A DNA stretch of 64,000 nucleotides from an uncultured Poribacteria bacterium (lineage in GTDB: Bacteria > Poribacteria > WGA-4E > WGA-3G): positions 1,600,001-1,664,000 of the forward strand of contig CATQHZ020000001.1 in the NCBI GenBank assembly GCA_958296135.2, given 5' to 3'. The notes under the pieces were generated by a model that did not search any database, had not been told where the DNA came from, and saw only the letters and a list, made by a program, of their open reading frames with translations. Position numbers and translations under genes: made by a program. Shown here in pieces: positions 18,937-28,340 of the stretch. The number at the start of each line of letters is the position of its first letter. Position 1 is the first letter of the stretch.

Positions 18937-18990
18937 CACAGACCGTTCATAACGGGTGGATATGAACAACATCCGCCCAGACAATTAAGC

Positions 18991-21900
18991 ATGCGACACA
19001 TCAAACCCATCGTTTGGCTCATCTTTATCCTCTCCGGCGCGAGCGGCCTCATCTACGAAGTGATCTGGATGCGGCAACTCACGCTCATCTTCGGAAGCAC
19101 GGTCTTCGCCACTACCACGGTGCTAACCGCTTTCATGGCAGGTTTGGCACTCGGCAGCTTCTATTTTGGCCGGAAAATCGACGAAAGCGAGCAATCGCCC
19201 CTGCGGCTCTACGCGCTTTTAGAAGTCGGCATCGGTGTCTTCTGTCTCGTGTGGCCGCTCATTTTAGCGGCCCTAGGCGCGCTCTATGTCCTAATTCACC
19301 GCAACGTCACCTCCGAATTCTACACACTTTCGCTCATCCGATTCGTGTTGACGTTCGGGGTGCTCCTGATTCCGTCGACGTTGATGGGCGGTACGTTGCC
19401 GGTGCTGACGCGCTTTTTTGTGCAACGCTTGGAACAACTCGGTGCCAACGTTGGGATTCTGTATGCGTTGAACACGTTCGGCGCGGTCATCGGCTGTGTC
19501 GCGACTGGGTTCCTCCTGATCGAACGTCTAGGCATCCAACAGACACTCTTCGTTGGGATAGCGATTAATTTTGTCGTGGCAGGCGTAGCGGTGTTGCTGA
19601 CGCGGGCGAGCGGACAAGCCGCGCCTACCGGTAATCTTAAACGCGTCCACAAAAACGGAGATATCGGCGATACGGAGAGAGACATTGTTCACTCAGAAAC
19701 CCTCATCGAACGCCTTGCGAATGACAAAAAATTGGTTTTATGGGCGATTGGCATTTCAGGGTTCTGCGCGCTGGCCTATGAAGTCCTCTGGACGCGCATC
19801 CTCGTCTTCTTTTTGGGGAGCACGACGTATGCGTTTGCGACGATGCTGGCGGCGTTTCTGTTCGGCATCGCCCTCGGCAGCCTCCTGTTTGCGAGGTGGG
19901 TAGATAAACTCTCATCGCGCGCGATGAGCATCTTCGGCATTATCCAACTCGGTATTGGGTTCTTCGCGCTTTTGCTCATGCCTGCGTTCGAGGAGCTCTA
20001 CGGAATGAGCCGCGCGTTCCAATCCACCTTTGGCGGCGGTAGATTTTGGGCATTCTTCTCCTGCTTCCTCGTGATGAGCGTGCCGACGTTTTTGATGGGT
20101 GCCAGTTTCCCGCTGGTAACGAAGATTTATACGGGCAGTGCTGCCCAACTCGGCAGGAGCATCGGGAACGTTTACGCCGTGAACACGGTGGGAAGCATCC
20201 TCGGTTCGTTTTGCGCGGGGTTTGTCTTCATTCCGCTTTTGGGAATTCGGCCGAGCATTTTGTTGATGGTGGCATTGAACACGGGCATCGGATGTTTGCT
20301 CCTCTTCTTGCCGGTAGGCGCGGTTTCCAACCGCGCGCCTGGGCGGGCGTTCCTACAAGGGGCAGGCATCGCAATGCCGATTCTGAACGTAGGCCTGGCG
20401 GTAATTCTGCTGCTCACGGTAAATCAGCCGCTCTTCCTGAAGAGCGCGATTTTCAAAACGCAACGCCCCGGCGACACTCTTGTCGATTACAACGAAGAGG
20501 TGGACGCAACCGTCACCACGCTGAAGGATGACGAGGGTGTGTATCGGCTCTATGTGGACACGAATCAGGCGGCGGATGCCTCGCGATGGGATTCTCCCTC
20601 GCATCGGGTGATTGCGCACTTGCCGTTGCTTTTGCATCCGCGTCCGAAACGCGCGCTCGTCGTCGGGTTCGGGATGGGGCTCACCTCGCATTCCATCACG
20701 CAGCACGGGGTGCGCGTCGATGCGGTAGAGCTCTCCAGCGGCGTAATTGCCGCGGCGCAAAAGCATTTCACGCACGTCAATGGGAATGTGTTTGACAACC
20801 CGCTTTTCAACTATCGGCTCAACGATGGCAGAAACCACATCCTGATGACACAGGCGAAATATGATATGATTTCTACGGGCATCATCCATCCGCTTGTCAG
20901 CGCGGGGAGTTCCAATATTTACACCGCCGATTTTTATCGCTTGTGCAAACGGGTTTTGACAGCGGACGGGATTATGTGCCAGTGGGTGCCGTTGCATCGC
21001 CTGCCGGAGGCACACTACAAGATGATTGTGCGCACGTTCATCGAGGTGTTTCCGCACACGACACTGTGGTATAAATACACCCCCGATTTTGTCATCCTCA
21101 TCGGCACGCAGGAGCCGTTGACAATTGACTACAAAAACTTCATCGAACGCGCGCGAATAGCCAGCATCAGCGAAGGGCTCGCCGCCGATGATTTAGATGG
21201 CATGTCCTTGCTTGATTCGTTTATGATGGGACCGGGAGCAGTTCGCGAGTATGCTAGCACCGGACCCGTCCATACCGACAACCGCCCGCGCTTAGAATTT
21301 TTCAAAGGAGAGGCACTCGTCAATACGACAGCGCGAAACATCACCGGGATGGCGAAGTATCGGGAGCGTGTTACGCCGTATCTTACTAGTACCGGTGCGA
21401 CGTTGGATGAGAAAAAGGCGACGCGCCAGAGAATTGACACCTACTTTAACGCCACACAGAAGTTAATCCGAGGGCAAATTGCCTACGCTAACGCGCAGTA
21501 TGACACCGCCGCAGCCCTCATGAGCGAGGCTGTGGACATCAACCCCGTTGATGAAACGATTCGCTACAATTTCGGTGTTGTCGCAGGTTTAATTCGTGAG
21601 GACGAGCAGGAGGAACTCCGCCGACTTGAAGAGCAGGTGCAGCGTACTCTCGCGCAGAATCCTGACGACGTTCGCGGACATCTCCATTTAGCAACGCTCT
21701 ATGAAATGCGCGGCGAACTTGCGAAGGCAACGAACGAATTGGAAGTGGTGCTTCAGCGCGAACCGAATCGAGTTGCTGTCTATTTCCTCCTCGGCCCGCT
21801 CTACGAACGGCAGCAACGCTACTCGGAGGCACTCCGCACGTATGAACGCTTGGAACAGCAGGAGAGGCAGCTGCCCGCGCCTATTTTCGCGGCGATGGCG

Positions 21901-22161
21901 CAACTCCATCTGCTCCTCAAAAATCTGGCAGAGGCAGAACGTTACGGACAGCAGGGTATCGCTGCCGATGCCAACTCGTGGCGTTCGCACTACATCCTCG
22001 CGAACGTGTACGGTGAGATGAATCAACCGCAAAAACAGCGGCAGCACTACGAAAAGGCTTTGGCGGCAATTGACGCGGCACTCCGTTTGGAGCCCGATGA
22101 TCTGGAGTTACCGCTCGCCAGAGAGCACATTCAAAAGGAATTTGATCCGCGCGAAAAATAG
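18991..22161 (+). CDS. Fused membrane (MFS-like) / spermidine synthase-like protein with C-terminal TPRs
   Basis: LSGASGLIYEVIW repeated TM block; LVVGFGMG..VEL..DGRNHI SAM-fold; TPR tail. Confidence 0.85.
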   Translation: MRHIKPIVWLIFILSGASGLIYEVIWMRQLTLIFGSTVFATTTVLTAFMAGLALGSFYFGRKIDESEQSPLRLYALLEVGIGVFCLVWPLILAALGALYVLIHRNVTSEFYTLSLIRFVLTFGVLLIPSTLMGGTLPVLTRFFVQRLEQLGANVGILYALNTFGAVIGCVATGFLLIERLGIQQTLFVGIAINFVVAGVAVLLTRASGQAAPTGNLKRVHKNGDIGDTERDIVHSETLIERLANDKKLVLWAIGISGFCALAYEVLWTRILVFFLGSTTYAFATMLAAFLFGIALGSLLFARWVDKLSSRAMSIFGIIQLGIGFFALLLMPAFEELYGMSRAFQSTFGGGRFWAFFSCFLVMSVPTFLMGASFPLVTKIYTGSAAQLGRSIGNVYAVNTVGSILGSFCAGFVFIPLLGIRPSILLMVALNTGIGCLLLFLPVGAVSNRAPGRAFLQGAGIAMPILNVGLAVILLLTVNQPLFLKSAIFKTQRPGDTLVDYNEEVDATVTTLKDDEGVYRLYVDTNQAADASRWDSPSHRVIAHLPLLLHPRPKRALVVGFGMGLTSHSITQHGVRVDAVELSSGVIAAAQKHFTHVNGNVFDNPLFNYRLNDGRNHILMTQAKYDMISTGIIHPLVSAGSSNIYTADFYRLCKRVLTADGIMCQWVPLHRLPEAHYKMIVRTFIEVFPHTTLWYKYTPDFVILIGTQEPLTIDYKNFIERARIASISEGLAADDLDGMSLLDSFMMGPGAVREYASTGPVHTDNRPRLEFFKGEALVNTTARNITGMAKYRERVTPYLTSTGATLDEKKATRQRIDTYFNATQKLIRGQIAYANAQYDTAAALMSEAVDINPVDETIRYNFGVVAGLIREDEQEELRRLEEQVQRTLAQNPDDVRGHLHLATLYEMRGELAKATNELEVVLQREPNRVAVYFLLGPLYERQQRYSEALRTYERLEQQERQLPAPIFAAMAQLHLLLKNLAEAERYGQQGIAADANSWRSHYILANVYGEMNQPQKQRQHYEKALAAIDAALRLEPDDLELPLAREHIQKEFDPREK

Positions 22162-22291
22162 ATAAAGGCGTTCGCGAGGTGCTGGTCAACTTCCACTTGG
22201 CAAAGAACGTTGACGTATCAGCCTGCATTTGCCGTTGGCGATGCTTATCGCCCTCGGCAGTAGCTGAATAACCACTAGGAACAACAAAACC

Positions 22292-24379
22292 ATGTCTCAA
22301 GAAACTAGCGCGGGAGCATCTGCTTCCGCCACCTCATTTTTAAAACGCACCCACTACTGTGGTGCCCTTCGCCTCACCGATGCGGGTTCCCGCGCGCAAT
22401 TCAACGGCTGGGTGCAACGCCGCCGCGACCATGGTGGTGTCATCTTCGTTGATTTGCGCGACAGAACCGGCATCACCCAAGTTGTCTTCGATCCGCAGAT
22501 TGACGAGGCGGCACACGAACGTGCTAGTGCGGTGCGCAGCGAATTTGTGCTGAACGTCAGCGGCACCGTTCGCGAACGCGAACCGGGCGAACGCCTCTTT
22601 CAGGCAGCTGTCGCGCATCAAACTGAACTTGGCGAAGGCACCGTGTCTCCTGAATTCCGAGCCATGTTCGCCGGTGTAGACACAAAATACACGTTGTCTG
22701 ACGACATTACAGTCGCTGTCCGAGAGCCCGGTGTCCGGTGGCTGCTCACTGATGTGAAAAATAACCGCACTTATGAAATCCACCTAGCGGCGGTGCGGTT
22801 GGAAACCGCGCCGCCCGAGGAGAAGAGGCCTGTCTTAAACGTCTATCAGGGCACCGTGAATCCGGAACTCGCCACGGGTGAGGTTGAGCTCGCCGTGGAT
22901 TCTCTGAACATTCTGAATACGGCGAAAACGCCGCCGTTCCTTGTGGAAGACGACGTGGAAGTCGCCGAAGACATTCGGATGCAGTATCGGTTCATCGATT
23001 TGCGCCGGCCGGAGATGCAGCAGACGCTCGCGATGCGCCACAAAGCGGCACTCGCCGCACGCAACTACATGAACGAGCACGGCTTCCTCGAAATCGAGAC
23101 ACCTATCTTGATGAACAGCACCCCGGAAGGCGCGCGCGATGTCCTCGTGCCGAGCCGGCACTATCCCGGTAAATTCTATGCGCTCCCGCAGTCACCACAG
23201 CAGTTCAAGCAGATTCTGATGATGAGCGGCGTAGACAGGTATTTTCAGATTGCGCGATGCTTCCGCGACGAAGATACTCGGGCAGACCGGCAGCTGGAAT
23301 TCACGCAGCTTGACATCGAGATGTCCTTCGCGGATGTAGACAATGTGCTGGAAGTCACTGAAGGGCTCATGAAGCGGATATTTGAAGAGGCAGGCGGCAT
23401 TCCCGTTCAAACACCGTTCCTGCGGCTGCCTTATCACGAATCGATGGCACGCTTCGGTAACGACAAGCCGGATACACGATTCGGCATGGAACTGACAGCC
23501 CTTGGTGATGTCATGGCGGCCTCCGATTTTCAGGTGTTCAAGCGTGCGCTAGCAAGCGGCGGGCAGGTGAAAGCCATCGCTGTTCCAGGCGGCGCAGATT
23601 TCTCGCGCAAGGACATTGATGAGCTGACGAAGTTCGTCGGTATCTATCGCGCAAAGGGGTTGGCATGGGTAAAGGTTACCGCTGACGGTTTTTCATCCGG
23701 CATCGTCAAGTTTTTCAAGCCGGGACAGTTGGAGATAGCGCAGGAGCGGACCGGCGCGCAACCGGGTGACATCATGTTCTTCGTCGCTGACCGGGCGAAT
23801 GTCGTCGCCGATGCACTCGGGAACCTCCGGACGCATCTCGCGCGCAAACTGGACATGATTGACGAAACCCGCTACAATTTCCTCTGGATTGTCGACTATC
23901 CGCTCTTTGAGTGGAACGCCGAAGTACATCGGTATGAGCCGTTTCACCACCTCTTCACCGGCGCGACGGATGAGACAGTCGGCTTACTTGACACCGACCC
24001 GGGGAAAGTGCAGAGCCAACACTATGATCTGGTTTGCAACGGCTACGAAATCTGTAGTGGTAGCGTCCGGATCCACCGGTGGGATATCCAACAGAAGGTT
24101 TTTGACGTTTTGAAAATCAGTCCGGCGGATGTCAAAAGTCGGTTTGGGTATTTCATCGATGCGTTAGAATACGGCACGCCGCCGCACGCCGGCATCGCCC
24201 CTGGCTTGGACAGAATTGTTATGCTGATGCGCAACGAGGAGAACATCCGGGAGGTAATTGCCTTTCCGAAATCGCAGCAGGGACTTTGCCCATTGACGCA
24301 TGCTCCCTCTGTTGTCACGGATGAACAATTGGCAGAATTGTCCATCCGCGTGGATGCCCCGGTAGGCGCGGATGCCTAA
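22292..24379 (+). CDS. aspS: Aspartate-tRNA ligase (probably non-discriminating) with an ~87-aa insertion
   Basis: RRRDHGGVIFVDLRD, LPQSPQ.FKQ, CFRDED and PPHAGIAPGLDR motifs; His in DHGG. Confidence 0.96.
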   Translation: MSQETSAGASASATSFLKRTHYCGALRLTDAGSRAQFNGWVQRRRDHGGVIFVDLRDRTGITQVVFDPQIDEAAHERASAVRSEFVLNVSGTVREREPGERLFQAAVAHQTELGEGTVSPEFRAMFAGVDTKYTLSDDITVAVREPGVRWLLTDVKNNRTYEIHLAAVRLETAPPEEKRPVLNVYQGTVNPELATGEVELAVDSLNILNTAKTPPFLVEDDVEVAEDIRMQYRFIDLRRPEMQQTLAMRHKAALAARNYMNEHGFLEIETPILMNSTPEGARDVLVPSRHYPGKFYALPQSPQQFKQILMMSGVDRYFQIARCFRDEDTRADRQLEFTQLDIEMSFADVDNVLEVTEGLMKRIFEEAGGIPVQTPFLRLPYHESMARFGNDKPDTRFGMELTALGDVMAASDFQVFKRALASGGQVKAIAVPGGADFSRKDIDELTKFVGIYRAKGLAWVKVTADGFSSGIVKFFKPGQLEIAQERTGAQPGDIMFFVADRANVVADALGNLRTHLARKLDMIDETRYNFLWIVDYPLFEWNAEVHRYEPFHHLFTGATDETVGLLDTDPGKVQSQHYDLVCNGYEICSGSVRIHRWDIQQKVFDVLKISPADVKSRFGYFIDALEYGTPPHAGIAPGLDRIVMLMRNEENIREVIAFPKSQQGLCPLTHAPSVVTDEQLAELSIRVDAPVGADA

Positions 24380-24455
24380 GCGGCGCGTAGGGCGGGGGAT
24401 TTCCCCGCCTTCTTTTAACCCCCGTTAGGGGTAACATATTTATAGGAGCAAACTT

Positions 24456-26033
24456 ATGAATGAAAACAAAAACAGCAGTCTCAATCTGCTATTCGGAATT
24501 GTCATCGCTATTGTTGCCGGCGCGCTCATCGGCGGCATTTTTCCCGATTTCGCGGAACATACTTCTATCCTCGGCGAAATCTTCTTGAATCTGCTCAAGA
24601 TGATCGTGATTCCGCTTGTCATGCTCTCGATGATAGTCGGCATCACGAACCTCGGCGATATTCGCCACCTCGGTTCCATCGGCGGAAGAACCGTGCTTTA
24701 CTACACGGCGACGACGGGACTCGCTGTCCTCGTCGGCATCATCCTCGTCAACGTGATTCTGCCGGGGCAAGGGCTCTCCAAAGGCGAAGAACTCCCCAAC
24801 TTGCGCTATACCCTCAGCGGTGAGGAAATGCAGAATGTCGCACTAGAGGGGAGATTCGAGAAAACCTATAATGACAAATATGTCATTACCCTGAAGGACC
24901 AGAATGTGAAAGGTGAGGTGGCGACTATCTCCGATACCGCCGTGACGGTAAAGTCGTGGACGCTCTTGGATGAGGGCGTTACCTACGTGCCAACTACCAC
25001 CGAAGAACGCCTGCTATTCGTTGATGGAAAACTTGATAAACTGGCTCTCAACGCTATGGGGCAGGGCATCGAAATCTCCCTTCCGATTGCAGGAAATGTG
25101 CAAGCAAAGAAGGACAAAAGCGTCGGCCAAACGCTCAAAGAGGTTGTTCTCGGCAACCATGAAACCGGCAAAGAGGGTATGATTCCGGAGAACGTCTTCA
25201 AAGCGATGGCGAATATGGATATCCTGCCGCTCATCTTTTTCTCCCTGCTCATCGGCGCAGCGATATCCGTGCTTGGTGAACGCGGCAAACCGGTTGTCTC
25301 CGTGATTTCCGGGCTCAACGAGGCCGTGATGCAACTCGTTCATTGGATTATGTATATCGCCCCGTTCGGCATTTTCGGATTAATTGCCGGCCGCATCGGG
25401 CAAGCAAAAGGGTTCGCTGGCTTCTGGCCGGAACTCGTCGCGGTGGGCAAATACAGTTTCACGGTGATCTTAGGGCTTGGCGTTCACGGCGCGGTAGTTT
25501 TACCGCTGCTGCTCCTGCTCTTCGGCCGCCGAAACCCGCTAAGCTATGTGAAAGGCATGGCAACCGCCTTGCTCAACGCGTTTTCCACAGCAAGCTCTAG
25601 TGCCACCCTGCCGATTACGATGGACCAGGTTGAAACGAATAATGGGGTTTCAAGACGCACATCCAGTTTTGTCATTCCACTTGGTGCGACGATTAACATG
25701 GATGGCACGGCGCTTTACGAGGCAGTGGCTGTCATGTTCATCGCGCAAGTGTATGGGATTACGATGGATCCCGCGCAACAACTCGTTGTTGTTCTCACCG
25801 CCACACTCGCCGCCATCGGTGCCGCTGGCATTCCGGAGGCGGGGCTTGTCACCATGGTCATCGTGCTCAGAGCGGTAGATTTGCCGATTGAGGGGATCAC
25901 GTTGATTCTCTCTGTTGACTGGCTGCTGGACCGGTTCCGCACCACTATCAACGTCTGGGGTGACAGCATCGGTGCAGGCGTGATTGAAACGTATGAAAAC
26001 AGAGGTGCAGCCGAAGCACCTTCTCCAACGTAG
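24456..26033 (+). CDS. Dicarboxylate/amino acid:cation symporter (DAACS/SDF family)
   Basis: AFSTASSSATLP, GATINMDGT and DRFRTTINVWGD motifs. Confidence 0.92.
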   Translation: MNENKNSSLNLLFGIVIAIVAGALIGGIFPDFAEHTSILGEIFLNLLKMIVIPLVMLSMIVGITNLGDIRHLGSIGGRTVLYYTATTGLAVLVGIILVNVILPGQGLSKGEELPNLRYTLSGEEMQNVALEGRFEKTYNDKYVITLKDQNVKGEVATISDTAVTVKSWTLLDEGVTYVPTTTEERLLFVDGKLDKLALNAMGQGIEISLPIAGNVQAKKDKSVGQTLKEVVLGNHETGKEGMIPENVFKAMANMDILPLIFFSLLIGAAISVLGERGKPVVSVISGLNEAVMQLVHWIMYIAPFGIFGLIAGRIGQAKGFAGFWPELVAVGKYSFTVILGLGVHGAVVLPLLLLLFGRRNPLSYVKGMATALLNAFSTASSSATLPITMDQVETNNGVSRRTSSFVIPLGATINMDGTALYEAVAVMFIAQVYGITMDPAQQLVVVLTATLAAIGAAGIPEAGLVTMVIVLRAVDLPIEGITLILSVDWLLDRFRTTINVWGDSIGAGVIETYENRGAAEAPSPT

Positions 26034-26049
26034 AGAAGGTGTCCGTTTT

Positions 26050-26182
26050 ACCGTAGCGCGAGGGCCGTCTTGGCGAACGCGAGGGACAGGCCCTCGCGCT
26101 ACGGGCTAGAGCGGTTTCTGGTTCGTCGTAGGTTAGCAAACGCGAGGGACAGGTCCTCGTGCTACGGGCTAGAGCGGTTTCG
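26050..26182. repeat. REP/REPIN cluster (GCGAGGGACAGGCCCTCGCGCTACGG family)
   Basis: CCGTAGCGCGAGGG followed by two direct copies of AACGCGAGGGACAGG(c/t)CCTCG(c/t)GCTACGGGCTAGAGCGGTTTC. Confidence 0.75.
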
Positions 26183-26209
26183 GGTGCTAGGAATAACAAA
26201 AAAACGAAA

Positions 26210-28258
26210 ATGGATACACAAAACAGTTCACCCTCACAAAATTCGTCAATCACCGGCGCGACGATTCTCGCGATTATCAGCGTGGTGCTCGCCGCCGGAT
26301 GGATTGCGTATGCCTATTACAAAGGCGGTAGCACGGATGCAAACGGCAACCGCATCCTGCTCTTGCATCCGGTTGTAGCGATGCTACTCATCTTCCTACT
26401 GACTCGCGTTTACCGATGGGTAGAAATAAAAATCATCGCGACGCTAGAAATTGTGATGATAGTCTTATGGCTCTTCGTCACGATGCTTGGCGTGCTAATG
26501 CCGTTCATTCTCGGTTTCGGGTTCGCCTATTTGCTACGGTTCATTTCCAGCGCGATTCCATTTGACAAGACGTACCAACGTCGGCTCGCGATGGCGGCGA
26601 TCTTGATTATCTGCGGCGGTATCTTCTTCTGGACAAGTCGACAGATTGGCAAACAGGCGAGCCAGATGAGCAGGGGGCTGCAGCAGTTTTATCATGAATC
26701 GGTTCTTCCGTCCATCGTCGGTGAAACGCTGGAGGTCCTGGCTATTGAGGAATCCGGCGCGGCGACGAAGTTTTACCTTGGCACCAACCACGGTGTCTAC
26801 GTTATTGAAGGGGATGTCCGTTCAGGATTGACAAATGGCAACATCATCGGGAAACGGGTACAAGCCATCTCCCTCGCGGATGAGGGGCTTTATGTAGGAA
26901 CACCAGATGGGCTCTATAGGCTTGACGTGGAGACAGAGAAGGCAACTTGGGCAAAAGTAGAAAACATCCCTTTTGCTAATCCATCCGTGCGGGCTATCAG
27001 TACCGGACGTGACGCATCCAGCCTTTATGTCGGGACAGCCGCCGGACTTTATGCCAGTCACGATTCTGGTGCAATGTGGACACCTGTTTCTCCTGAAACT
27101 TTTGCGAAACTCTCCATCGTCAGCATCGCACGTGAGGGAGACAGCGTTTACGTCGCGGCGAGAGGAGAGGGGGCCCAGGCATCTCAGACAGCCCTCTGGC
27201 TGCAAGCAGGTTCAAACATGGAGTGGCAGGTTCTTCCGTTGAAAGGGTTAGAGGGGGCAACACTTCAGGCACTCGCCGTTGGCAACGACATGCTCTATGC
27301 TGGGACAACGAGCGGGGTATATGCTTATGAGGGTGCTGCGGGGCAATGGCAAGAGGTTCAAGGCCAGGAACACCTCCCAACCTCAATTTCGTTGTTAGCC
27401 GCTACGCCCACGCGTGTGTATGCCGGCGATAAAACGGTCATCCGTTACCATGGAGGTGCGGGCAACTGGCCGCTCGCGATTGCCCATAATGAAGGACGTT
27501 TTAATACCCTCAAACATACGCCGATTGGTAAAACGGTGCAGCAATACCTAACCGAAAGAATACCGAGTTTGGCGCAAGCGGGTGGCACTGCTGTCAAGTG
27601 GCTATCTGCGTCCGCGGGTTCATTCGCTTTCCAGTTTGGCGGGTTTCTTGCGACGCTCTCCTTCGCGTTCATCGTTTTTGTCTATGCCGGCCAAAAGTTT
27701 GAAGACTATATCCGCGGCCTTACGTCGCTCATCCCGGCAGGGCATCGAGAGCAGGTGAAAACGCATTTGCGCGAGATTGATAGGCAGATGCAGGCGTATC
27801 TGAGGGGACAAGTCACCGTCATCGCGATTGTTTCTGTCATCTCATCTATTGCTTATGGCGTTATTGGCGTGCCGTTCGCGCTCCTGGTCGGCTTGCTAGC
27901 CGGGTTCTGCAATGCGGTTCCGACATTCGGTCCTTTTATTGGCGGTGCGTTCGCGTTCGTTGCGATGCTGATGGGGCTCGCCGCTGGCGATTTCAGCATG
28001 GGATTTGATTTCCTCATCCGCTGCCTCGCCGTATTGGGTGCCATCTTGGGTATCCAAACTATTGATAACTCGCTCATTTCGCCGAAAGTGATGAGCAAGG
28101 CTGTTGAGGTAGATCCGTTGCTGATTATGTTCGGTGTCATTGTGGGTGGTTCGCTGCTCGGTTTTTGGGGTGTCCTGCTCGCCATTCCGATTCTTGTCGT
28201 CATCAAATCGGTTATTGCCGTTTCGCAAGGAAAAATCAGCACAGAGGAGGAACAGTAG
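26210..28258 (+). CDS. AI-2E (PerM-like) family transporter with inserted beta-propeller
   Basis: LMPFILGFGFAYLL N-part; YLRGQV..PTFGPFIG..ISPKVM C-part; central LYVGT..GLY repeats. Confidence 0.82.
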   Translation: MDTQNSSPSQNSSITGATILAIISVVLAAGWIAYAYYKGGSTDANGNRILLLHPVVAMLLIFLLTRVYRWVEIKIIATLEIVMIVLWLFVTMLGVLMPFILGFGFAYLLRFISSAIPFDKTYQRRLAMAAILIICGGIFFWTSRQIGKQASQMSRGLQQFYHESVLPSIVGETLEVLAIEESGAATKFYLGTNHGVYVIEGDVRSGLTNGNIIGKRVQAISLADEGLYVGTPDGLYRLDVETEKATWAKVENIPFANPSVRAISTGRDASSLYVGTAAGLYASHDSGAMWTPVSPETFAKLSIVSIAREGDSVYVAARGEGAQASQTALWLQAGSNMEWQVLPLKGLEGATLQALAVGNDMLYAGTTSGVYAYEGAAGQWQEVQGQEHLPTSISLLAATPTRVYAGDKTVIRYHGGAGNWPLAIAHNEGRFNTLKHTPIGKTVQQYLTERIPSLAQAGGTAVKWLSASAGSFAFQFGGFLATLSFAFIVFVYAGQKFEDYIRGLTSLIPAGHREQVKTHLREIDRQMQAYLRGQVTVIAIVSVISSIAYGVIGVPFALLVGLLAGFCNAVPTFGPFIGGAFAFVAMLMGLAAGDFSMGFDFLIRCLAVLGAILGIQTIDNSLISPKVMSKAVEVDPLLIMFGVIVGGSLLGFWGVLLAIPILVVIKSVIAVSQGKISTEEEQ

Positions 28259-28340
28259 GTGCTGTTTTCAACAGTGCCTAGCGAACTGGGATCACTAAAG
28301 AGATGCAAGTCTTGACGTTGTCAAGACTGCCTGCTAAGCC

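Noticed and set aside
22589-22849. Intein in AspRS
   Set aside because: No N-terminal Cys/Ser, no C-terminal His-Asn followed by Cys/Ser/Thr, and shorter than a mini-intein.
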